Sequence record: NC_061444.1
Length of the DNA stretch: 64,000 bases
Direction: 5' to 3' (one strand)
Part shown: positions 53,720-61,549 of the stretch, piece by piece
How the letters are laid out: every line of letters starts with the position of its first letter
Position numbering within the stretch: the first letter of the stretch is position 1
Translations under genes and position numbers: made by a program
Notes under the pieces: generated by a model
Database searches by the model: none
Seen by the model: only the letters and a program-made list of their open reading frames with translations
Told to the model about the DNA's origin: nothing

Positions 53720-54244
53720 ATGACTAAGAAAATCATTAGCGGCCTGAACAAAGAAGTTAAAGCCATCTCTAAATCTGAGAACGCTCTGGACAAAACCATT
53801 GCATCTCTGACTGCTGAGAAAGCTAACCTGGCTGCACGCCGTGAAGGTATCACCGCTCAGGTTGAAGCGCTGTCTGGCGAAGCTGCTGCTCCGGCTAAAG
53901 CGCCGAAAGCTGCTAAAGCGAAAGCTGAAAAACCTGCTAAAGCAGACAAAAAAGCAAAAGCTGAAAAGCCTGCTAAAGCTGAAAAAGCTGGCAAGAAAGC
54001 TAAAGCAGAAAAACCTGCTAAAGCTGAGAAAGCAGACAAAAAAGCAAAAGCTGAAAAACCTGCTAAAGCAGACAAAAAAGCAAAAGCTGAAAAGCCGGCC
54101 AAAGCTGATAAAAAAGCTAAAGCTGAAAAAGCTGGCAAGCCTGCTAAAGCAGACAAAGCCGCCAAGAAAGTGAAAGGCGACAAAAAAGCGAAAGCTGGTA
54201 AGCAGAAAAAAGAATCCGAAGACTTCGACTTCGAGATGGAATAA
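53720..54244 (+). CDS. histone H1-like/AlgP-like basic protein: N-terminal coiled coil, KAEKPAKA repeats, acidic-aromatic tail (174 aa)
   Basis: AAGGA SD; ~5 KAEKPAKA(EKA)DKKA units; ends ESEDFDFEME. Confidence 0.85.
   Translation: MTKKIISGLNKEVKAISKSENALDKTIASLTAEKANLAARREGITAQVEALSGEAAAPAKAPKAAKAKAEKPAKADKKAKAEKPAKAEKAGKKAKAEKPAKAEKADKKAKAEKPAKADKKAKAEKPAKADKKAKAEKAGKPAKADKAAKKVKGDKKAKAGKQKKESEDFDFEME
53885..54170 (+). repeat. tandem coding repeats (K-A-E-K-P-A-K-A units)
   Basis: Recurring GCTAAAGC..GAAAA.CCTGCTAAAGC. Confidence 0.95.
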
Positions 54245-54277
54245 GCAAGTAATCGCGCACTAGCGGTCACTTGATCG

Positions 54278-54309
54278 AAAGGGCAGCGCTGACGAGCGTT
54301 TGCCCTTTT
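54278..54309 (+). terminator. intrinsic terminator
   Basis: AAAGGGCAGCGCT-GACG-AGCGTTTGCCCTTTT. Confidence 0.8.
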
Positions 54310-54342
54310 GTCATATCTATACGATTTTTTGAGGTATTCTTT

Positions 54343-54837
54343 ATGTCCGCCGAACATCTGCTTAATGACGACCTGCTTGACGATACTCTCCCTGCCAAAA
54401 CATCCCCCAAACAAGATAAGCCGAGCTACTACGAGCTAATGTCTATGCGCTTAGAAGCTGGCGCACGTCTTGCCCGCTCTCTCAAAACGTTACGTGATGC
54501 TAACGTTCTCCCTGCATCTGGCTCTAACCCAACTTCTCTCGCTACTGCACTTGAAATAGCCGAACGCTACTTCGCTGATATCTGCATGGGTGTAGTTCCA
54601 GTCAGAAGCGGATCTGACGTGTCTACAATCACAATGCGCGAAGACCTTCCTGCGTGTGTCGAAGCGTTTCGTATTGTTGTTATGGAACATGCTCAACGTG
54701 AAGCCCTTGAGCGTGCGTGTCGCAACATGATTGCTGACGGTAACGGCTTCAAGATTCTCACTCAGCCTCAAGTGCTGCACCTCGAAAACAAACACGTCTG
54801 TAACGGAGACTGCGATCATGGCTCAGAAACTGTCTGA
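54343..54837 (+). CDS. hypothetical protein (164 aa)
   Basis: GAGGT SD before ATG 54343. Confidence 0.8.
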   Translation: MSAEHLLNDDLLDDTLPAKTSPKQDKPSYYELMSMRLEAGARLARSLKTLRDANVLPASGSNPTSLATALEIAERYFADICMGVVPVRSGSDVSTITMREDLPACVEAFRIVVMEHAQREALERACRNMIADGNGFKILTQPQVLHLENKHVCNGDCDHGSETV

Positions 54838-55567
54838 ACAAATCCACCGCTATTTTAATCTCATGGAGAAAATCCGTGAGCAAATGTACTGCGTCCTGCC
54901 TGTATCTAACCGATACCTGTGCATCGTAAGTTTCAGCACACAGCTCCAGGCCCTTCAATGTGTACTGGTAAACAAAGAAAGCCTTATGGAAGCAAAGCTC
55001 ATTGAGGGGCTGACTGGTCAGGAATTGATTACGTATGGCCAGTACAGACGAACTGCCGAAGAGTGGGTTGCTAATGGTATGCAAGACGACTATCCATTCA
55101 CACAGGATAAAGATGTGTATGCAGAGTACCGCAGCCTGACACGCGACGAACAATCTCAGCCGGAAATCGACGAGGACGAAGAAGACGAAGAAGACCTCGA
55201 CGTGCAAGAGATGGACAATCTGCGTACCTCAATTCTCTGCGCCGACAAAGCCACACTGATGCAGATGTTTGCCGACGAAGGCTTAGGCACAAAAGGAACT
55301 GCTGCCGATATGGATGTGGGTCAGTTGCAGGATGCTCTGTGTGATCATTATGGACTCAACCCAGATGTTGACGTTAAAGTTGTTGACGTTGTTGGTGAGC
55401 TGGTTGAGCGTTTAGAAAACATGCCTAAGCACAAAGCTCTCGAAGAAGCGCATCACCTGACAAAAGAGGAACTGCTCAGTCTCGCAGACGCATGGGGGAT
55501 TGAGAAAGACGCACACGAAAGCACAATGCGCTCTCTGATTAAAGGTCACATACTGCGCCGCTCTTAA
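54818..55567 (+). CDS. hypothetical protein with acidic linker and two HeH-like domains (249 aa)
   Basis: GGAG SD; DKATLMQMFADEGL...MDVGQLQDALCDHY and HLTKEELLSLADAWGI. Confidence 0.85.
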   Translation: MAQKLSEQIHRYFNLMEKIREQMYCVLPVSNRYLCIVSFSTQLQALQCVLVNKESLMEAKLIEGLTGQELITYGQYRRTAEEWVANGMQDDYPFTQDKDVYAEYRSLTRDEQSQPEIDEDEEDEEDLDVQEMDNLRTSILCADKATLMQMFADEGLGTKGTAADMDVGQLQDALCDHYGLNPDVDVKVVDVVGELVERLENMPKHKALEEAHHLTKEELLSLADAWGIEKDAHESTMRSLIKGHILRRS

Positions 55568-55586
55568 CTCAAACTCTGCATATTGT

Positions 55587-55630
55587 TGGACAGAATGCGG
55601 GTAGCGTCTAATACATAAGTGTGATATAAT
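55587..55630 (+). promoter_or_regulatory. phage promoter cassette copy 11
   Basis: TGGACAGAAT at 55587; TGA-TATAAT at 55625 (38 nt offset). Confidence 0.8.
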
Positions 55631-55701
55631 AGCGTAAGACAAGTAGTGTCTGAACTTGCTAATATCGAGTAGTAACGCTACTCATTTAGGAGAATACCAA
55701 A

Positions 55702-57729
55702 ATGGCCAAAGCGCCTAAAGCTGCCAAAGTTAAAAAGCAAACGGGTGACGGTTCTCAGGAAGGCTTCGTAATTGCAGAAGGCCTTGATGGAATCCGCATG
55801 AATCCGGGTATGTACTTAGGTCAACGCGGAGCCGACATGGCTTATCGCGGTGTTAAGGAACCTGTCGATAACGTTTACGATGAACACATCGCTGGTCGAA
55901 ACAAAGTTCTGGAAGTTGTGATTGACTACGACAACGACCTGAACGTTGTAGCCGATATGGCGAAAGGTATTCCTACCGACTTCAAGAAATTGAAAGACGG
56001 TTCGAAAGAAACGATCATGACCGCAGCGTTTAGCCGCGTTCACGCTGGTGGTAAGTTTAACGATCAAGCGTACAAGACCTCTGCGGGTACACACGGTGTT
56101 GGTGTTGCTGCGCTGAACGCCGTATCAAGTCAGTTGCGCGTGTGGTCAATGTACAAGGGCAGTTGCTCATACCAGATGTGGCAGTGTGGCGTTGCTAAGT
56201 CCGGCAAAGACCCGAAGAAAGTCAAGTCTGTTGACAAAGACGTAATGAGTTTGCTGCGCGAAAAGAAAGCGAGCAAGTACGGTACGATTGTTGCGTGGAC
56301 GCTCGACCAGACAGTTGTGTCTGCTGACGTTATGCGTGGCAAGAAGCTGCCGAAGAACTATCGACACGCTGCACCAGACCCTGCACAACTCGGTACGTGG
56401 CTGCGTAACATGTCGCTGCTTAACCCAGGTTTCGAAGTACGCCTGACGTTGATTAAGAAAGGCAAGCGCAAAGAGTTCACTTTCCACAATAAGAAAGATC
56501 TCGCGCATGTCGTGAAGACGATGGTTGAAGAACGTGAGCTTGGTTCAGTTGGCAAACCGTTCATCTTCAAGAACGACAACATCACCGCTGCGCTGACGTG
56601 GACAGATCATCCTGACACTGACAACTTCCTCAGTTTCGTTAACACCAGCCCGACAATTGACGGCGGGTGGCACGTTGTAGGTTTCCGTGACGCGCTGTTC
56701 GAAGCAATCAAACCTTTCATGAAAGAATCGAAAGGCAAAGGCAAGAAGAAGCAGAACTTCAAACAAGAAGATTTGCTTATCGGCCTGACAGGTATGTTCG
56801 ACTGGCGTATGCACGGCGCTCAATACACCTCACAGGTTAAAGACAAGCTGGCGAGTCGTGTTGAGAAAGAAGTATACGAGATGCTGAAAGAAGCATTCGT
56901 GAAATACTTCAAGGACAATAAGAAAGTCGCAACGACGATCATCAAACGCGCCGAAGCGATGAACAAGGGGCGTGAAGAACTGTCCGCTGTTGTTAAGTCA
57001 ATGGCAGACACGAAGAAGAAGCTGAAAGGCAACTCACTCCCTGCTGACCTGATCTCTGCGCTCAAGTGTAAGCCGCATGAGCGTGAGCTTATCGTTGTAG
57101 AAGGCGACTCTGCTGGTGGTACTGCGAAACACGCACGTAACCCTGACTATCAGGAAGTTATGCTCGCCGGTGGTAAGCCTCTTAACGGTCTGAAAGCAAG
57201 TCTCGCTGACGTACTCAAGCACAAAGAAGTGCAGGGCATGTTAGTGTCTGTGGGTGCTGACCTGAAATCGTTAGACCCGAAAGCAGAAGCGCCTAAGTTG
57301 AGCACGAAGAATCTGCGTATCGGCAACCTGTTGTTCTTGATGGATGCTGACCCGGATGGATTCCACATCGCAACGTTGTTCCTCGGTGTTATCTATCGGC
57401 TGCTGCCTGACCTGATGAAAGAGGGTCGCGTGTGGATCGTCGATGCGCCTCTGTATAACGTGATGCACAAAGGCGTTCACTACGGTGGCATGACGTTTGA
57501 AGAATGTCGAGCAAAAGCTCCTGCTGCTGTAAAAGATAAAGAAATCGTTCGTGCAAAAGGTTGGGGTGAAGTTGAACCTGACGTGCTCGAAGCGATCTCA
57601 TTCAATCCGAAGACTCGCCGCTTGATTCGCGTGAACCCGTTCACTAGCGTTGAGCAAGAGCGTTTCTTCCGAGGTGTACTTGCAGAAGATGCAGTCCATC
57701 GTCGTCGTCTGCTGGGTCTGGAGGAATAA
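55702..57729 (+). CDS. gyrB: type IIA topoisomerase subunit B (GyrB/ParE-like)
   Basis: GIRMNPGMYLG, EPVDN..DE, D.A.GIP, HAGGKF, GTHGVG, VEGDSAGG, DADPDG.HI, KGWGE. Confidence 0.97.
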   Translation: MAKAPKAAKVKKQTGDGSQEGFVIAEGLDGIRMNPGMYLGQRGADMAYRGVKEPVDNVYDEHIAGRNKVLEVVIDYDNDLNVVADMAKGIPTDFKKLKDGSKETIMTAAFSRVHAGGKFNDQAYKTSAGTHGVGVAALNAVSSQLRVWSMYKGSCSYQMWQCGVAKSGKDPKKVKSVDKDVMSLLREKKASKYGTIVAWTLDQTVVSADVMRGKKLPKNYRHAAPDPAQLGTWLRNMSLLNPGFEVRLTLIKKGKRKEFTFHNKKDLAHVVKTMVEERELGSVGKPFIFKNDNITAALTWTDHPDTDNFLSFVNTSPTIDGGWHVVGFRDALFEAIKPFMKESKGKGKKKQNFKQEDLLIGLTGMFDWRMHGAQYTSQVKDKLASRVEKEVYEMLKEAFVKYFKDNKKVATTIIKRAEAMNKGREELSAVVKSMADTKKKLKGNSLPADLISALKCKPHERELIVVEGDSAGGTAKHARNPDYQEVMLAGGKPLNGLKASLADVLKHKEVQGMLVSVGADLKSLDPKAEAPKLSTKNLRIGNLLFLMDADPDGFHIATLFLGVIYRLLPDLMKEGRVWIVDAPLYNVMHKGVHYGGMTFEECRAKAPAAVKDKEIVRAKGWGEVEPDVLEAISFNPKTRRLIRVNPFTSVEQERFFRGVLAEDAVHRRRLLGLEE

Positions 57730-57730
57730 C

Positions 57731-59386
57731 ATGGCAGTTAAGCCGAAGAAAGTTAAAGTCGAAAAGAAATCGACTGCGGTAGCGAAACCTGCAAAGGTTA
57801 AGTTGAAGTCAAAATCGAAAGCAGTAGCTGCCGATGACTTGCCGAAAAAGAAAAAGAAGAAAGGTGAAGTAGTTGAGACTGCTACAGGTACTTCGCTGTA
57901 CCCGATGATTGGTCAAGACGAGTCACTCATTCGTGACGAGAACCTCGCTGACTACACACGACGCGCTCTCTTCCAGTACGGTTCATACGTTGTTGAAGAC
58001 CGTGCTATCGCTGACTATCGTGACGGCCTCAAGCCTGTTCACCGTGCGTTACTCTGGTCGCTGTCAGACTTGGGGTTACGCCCAGGTGGTGCGTTCAAGA
58101 AAGCTGCGCGTACTGTTGGTGATGCGTTAGGTAAGTATCACCCACACGGTGATGCTGCTTGTTACGGTGCGATGGTAACGATTGCAAACACAGTGCCGCC
58201 TGCTGTAGCTGGTCAAGGTAACTGGGGTGACCCTGTAGCACCCGCCGCTGCGATGCGTTATACCGAAGCGAAAATGAGTAAGTTCGCGGGTAGCTTCTTG
58301 CTTGACCCTGACTATCTCGAAGTAACGCCGATGGTAGACAACTTCTCGAACGATATGAAGATACCTCTGTATCTGCCCGCACTGTTACCGTACATGTTGT
58401 TCAACGGTAGTGTGCCAGCGCCTGCGTATGGCGTTAAGTGCGGTAACCCATCGTTCAGCTTTACGTCAGTTGCGAAAGTCGTGTGTGATATGCTCAATGG
58501 CAAAGAGTACAGCGCGAAGAAACTCGCTGACACGCTCAAAGTCAATCATGAGTATGGCTGTCTCGACGTAAGCTCTGATGAAGACTTCCTCGCGCTCATG
58601 TCTACAGGCCGTGGTAAAGTCACATACGAACCGCAGATGAAGATCGACGAGAAGACGAAGACGATCACGATTCAAACGTATGTGCCGGGCGGTATGTCGA
58701 ATAACGCGACTATCACCAAGAAGCTGGAGAAGATTGCAGAGTGGCCGGGTGTTGTGTCTGCGTCAAACGCCAGCTCGAAGAAGAACAAAGATGCCGGTCC
58801 GTGGGGCGCAGCGTTCGCTATCAAGTGTCGTGGTAGTGAAGACCAGTTGTATGAACTCGCAACTAAGGTGCAGCGTGAAGTTACCTCAGCGATCAACTAC
58901 TCGCTGGGTGTGACAGTTCGCCGTGCTGATGCCTCGAACAAGTTTATGTACCTGTCGTATGTGAACTACTTCAAAGCGTGGGTTGCGTACCGCATTAAGC
59001 TAGAAATAGCGATGCTCAAAAACAAGATGGCCAAAGCAGAGAAAGCCTTACATCTGCAAGAGGTTTACTTGTGGGCAGTAGACAACATGGACAAGTTGCT
59101 CAAAGCTCTGCCTAAAGTGCTGGTGGCCGCAGACCCTGATGCTGCTCTTGCGAAAGCCTGCAAGATTCCTGTTGATGATGCGAAGATCATCCTCGACCGT
59201 CAAGTGCGTAAGCTGGCTAAACTCGAACGTGCAGGACTCGTCGCCAAGATTAAAGAAATCAAGGCCGAGATTGCAGAGTATAAAGGTGGTCTGAAAGAGC
59301 CGGGCAAGTATGCAGCTAATGGTACTGCTGCAAAAGTTAAGGCTTATCTGAAATCACCAGACGACAAACTGCCGGTAAGTCTTTGA
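57731..59386 (+). CDS. gyrA: type IIA topoisomerase subunit A (GyrA/ParC-like), no C-terminal pinwheel domain
   Basis: GAGGA SD before ATG 57731; DGLKPVHR, GKYHPHGD, AAMRYTE (catalytic Tyr); 551 aa. Confidence 0.97.
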   Translation: MAVKPKKVKVEKKSTAVAKPAKVKLKSKSKAVAADDLPKKKKKKGEVVETATGTSLYPMIGQDESLIRDENLADYTRRALFQYGSYVVEDRAIADYRDGLKPVHRALLWSLSDLGLRPGGAFKKAARTVGDALGKYHPHGDAACYGAMVTIANTVPPAVAGQGNWGDPVAPAAAMRYTEAKMSKFAGSFLLDPDYLEVTPMVDNFSNDMKIPLYLPALLPYMLFNGSVPAPAYGVKCGNPSFSFTSVAKVVCDMLNGKEYSAKKLADTLKVNHEYGCLDVSSDEDFLALMSTGRGKVTYEPQMKIDEKTKTITIQTYVPGGMSNNATITKKLEKIAEWPGVVSASNASSKKNKDAGPWGAAFAIKCRGSEDQLYELATKVQREVTSAINYSLGVTVRRADASNKFMYLSYVNYFKAWVAYRIKLEIAMLKNKMAKAEKALHLQEVYLWAVDNMDKLLKALPKVLVAADPDAALAKACKIPVDDAKIILDRQVRKLAKLERAGLVAKIKEIKAEIAEYKGGLKEPGKYAANGTAAKVKAYLKSPDDKLPVSL

Positions 59387-59416
59387 GAAATCTGTAAATA
59401 CAACTCAGCATATTCT

Positions 59417-59459
59417 TGGACGAAATGCGGTTGTATTTGAAAGCAGATTATGATATAAT
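59417..59459 (+). promoter_or_regulatory. phage promoter cassette copy 12, directly preceded by GAAATCTGTAAA (59387)
   Basis: TGGACGAAAT at 59417; TGA-TATAAT at 59454 (37 nt offset). Confidence 0.8.
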
Positions 59460-59465
59460 GATCTA

Positions 59466-59730
59466 GATGGGTAGCTTCGATAATTGGGAGATTATCGAGC
59501 TACTCGAAACATAACAGGAGGGTAGCGTAGCGCAACGCAGCAATTCGGAAACTCAAGGGTAAAATAAACTGAGCCTAAAAAAGGCCAATTCTGGCGAGGC
59601 ATTCTCTGGGAGAGCCCCTCGACCTATACTATAATCGACCCACGTAATGCTAATATGCTTATGCAACATTGGCATTCGAAGTGTCGCTAGGACCAGCAGC
59701 AATGGTCCTCAACTCTTAATGAAGTTTGGA
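59466..59730 (+). ncRNA. candidate structured noncoding RNA or long leader
   Basis: ~270 nt without an SD-supported ORF after promoter 12; hairpins at 59469-59505, 59616-59641 and 59689-59709. Confidence 0.35.
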
Positions 59731-59739
59731 AATCCATAG

Positions 59740-61014
59740 ATGAAAAATCAGGTAAGCAACCTTAAAGCTGGTTTAGAGCAGGTCATTGGAACACTGACTA
59801 AGCTCCGTTCAGGTCTCAATTTGAAACGCCAGCATGTTGTTGATTCATTAGGACATCCGTCATCTGTTTTAGCGGATCTTACAAAGGCATTAAAGAGTAA
59901 TACTTATAAGTCATACCCCGATGTACTGCAACTGCGTGATTCTGTCCGCGCAACTTGCACCACCTGCCTCAGCCTGTCAGAACAAGTGGTGGCTAAACGC
60001 ATCAAGCCCCGCGAACTGATGGAAAAGCTCGGTGAAATTGTGAAGTCGTTTGAAGCTGACGTATCGTTAGCTAAGTCCTGTCTCGGCTATCTGCCTGAGT
60101 CTCGCAAAGTCGTAACGCTCGATGATGTGAAGAAGAACGCAGATGGTAGCACCGACTTGGATTCATTCCAGAAGGTAGCAGAGGAAATCTACGAGCAGGA
60201 ATCGACCGACAAAGCTGTTCGTCGTGAGCAACGCGAAGACGCAGCGACTGCGAAGACCAGTCGTGTACTCAAGCGACTCAAGGACGCGTACAGCCACAAA
60301 GTACCGAGAACGTTCAAACACTCAATTCAGATAGTTCAACTTCCTGTGATGGCTCGATTCGGAACACTCGCCATGAGTCCTGAATCGTTAACACGCATGG
60401 GTTTCAAAATCGAGACTGCCGGTCTGCACTCAACCCCAAGCTCCGACCTCGGCATCATTTTTGAAAACCAGCTTCTGTTGTTCTTCCGCATGTCCGACGC
60501 GAAAGGCGTAGCAGAAGAAGCCGTGAAAGATCACAAGATGCTTGATGGTACTCTCGTCGAACGCAAACGCCTCCAGAAAGAACGCAACACAGAACGCCGT
60601 GAACTCAAGAAGCTGAATCAGCTTTTGGAGCAGGCGAAATCGCTTAAAGCTCGTCGTGCTATCCGCGAACAGATCGCAGAGTCGCAGGAAAACATTGACG
60701 AAATCACAGCGAAGCTGGAAGCGATGGAAAGCAAAGTTCGTCTGAGCAATTCCAAAGAGCGCGTGTTCCGTCAGATGAAGACGAGCAACGACCACGCGAT
60801 GCTTGACTATCTAAACCCCATTGTCGATATGCTCAACGAGAAAAGCAGTAGCACACTCGGTCTATTCACCACGATGCCGTTACGTGGCGTGATGAAAGAC
60901 AGTGACGTGCATTGTGCTTGGCTTATGGAGAAATCAGCGATCAACTTGTTGCTGCGCCATACAGGCGGCGACGTGAAGTTGCAGAACTGGTTCCTACCGT
61001 GGACTAATGGCTAA
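59740..61014 (+). CDS. coiled-coil hypothetical protein (424 aa)
   Basis: Long ORF with heptad segments. Confidence 0.9.
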   Translation: MKNQVSNLKAGLEQVIGTLTKLRSGLNLKRQHVVDSLGHPSSVLADLTKALKSNTYKSYPDVLQLRDSVRATCTTCLSLSEQVVAKRIKPRELMEKLGEIVKSFEADVSLAKSCLGYLPESRKVVTLDDVKKNADGSTDLDSFQKVAEEIYEQESTDKAVRREQREDAATAKTSRVLKRLKDAYSHKVPRTFKHSIQIVQLPVMARFGTLAMSPESLTRMGFKIETAGLHSTPSSDLGIIFENQLLLFFRMSDAKGVAEEAVKDHKMLDGTLVERKRLQKERNTERRELKKLNQLLEQAKSLKARRAIREQIAESQENIDEITAKLEAMESKVRLSNSKERVFRQMKTSNDHAMLDYLNPIVDMLNEKSSSTLGLFTTMPLRGVMKDSDVHCAWLMEKSAINLLLRHTGGDVKLQNWFLPWTNG

Positions 61015-61549
61015 CAACGAAAACCGACTGCCGGCGGCTACGAAAGGTGATTTGACACAGTGCATCATCTGCGGTAAATTCAGCAGAGCGATTCACTATC
61101 ACCACACAGTGCCCCGCTCACTGGGAGGCGAGCTTTCGCTTCAAATCCCAATAGACGGTGACTGCCACACAACGCTTCACGCAAAAGCAGAAGCAGTGGT
61201 AGCGAAGTTAGCAGGTAACCGTAAGCAACCTATCGGTACGTTTTGGGATGACCCCGAAGCAGAAGATAGAGCACAAACATGGCTTAGCATTCTGGTAGAT
61301 GCGATGCTCAACCCACCGGTACAGCCTGGGCAGAAAGAAGTGCTGTTGCCGATGATTAAAGTTGACATGGAAACCAGACATGCTCTCGAACTCTTGAAGC
61401 GTGATACGCCTGGCATTACTAATATGAGCCAAGTGTTACGCCTCTGCATTGAGACAACATTGAAAACAAAGGGGTTAAAAAATGGCGAATCAAAAAGTAC
61501 GCACTCTGGACATCAAAACTCTCGTAAAAAGCGAACTGAGCTGTGGTGA
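61007..61549 (+). CDS. HNH endonuclease-like protein with C-terminal RHH-like segment
   Basis: CIICG...HYHHTVPRSLGG......ID.DCH..LH; MIKVDMETRHALELLK...MSQVLRLCIE. Confidence 0.75.
   Translation: MANNENRLPAATKGDLTQCIICGKFSRAIHYHHTVPRSLGGELSLQIPIDGDCHTTLHAKAEAVVAKLAGNRKQPIGTFWDDPEAEDRAQTWLSILVDAMLNPPVQPGQKEVLLPMIKVDMETRHALELLKRDTPGITNMSQVLRLCIETTLKTKGLKNGESKSTHSGHQNSRKKRTELW

Noticed and set aside
57650-57730. Extended N-terminus of topoisomerase A in the ORF track (MSKSVSS...)
   Set aside because: Overlaps the end of subunit B; ATG 57731 has a GAGGA SD. Similar upstream extensions were trimmed for many other ORFs
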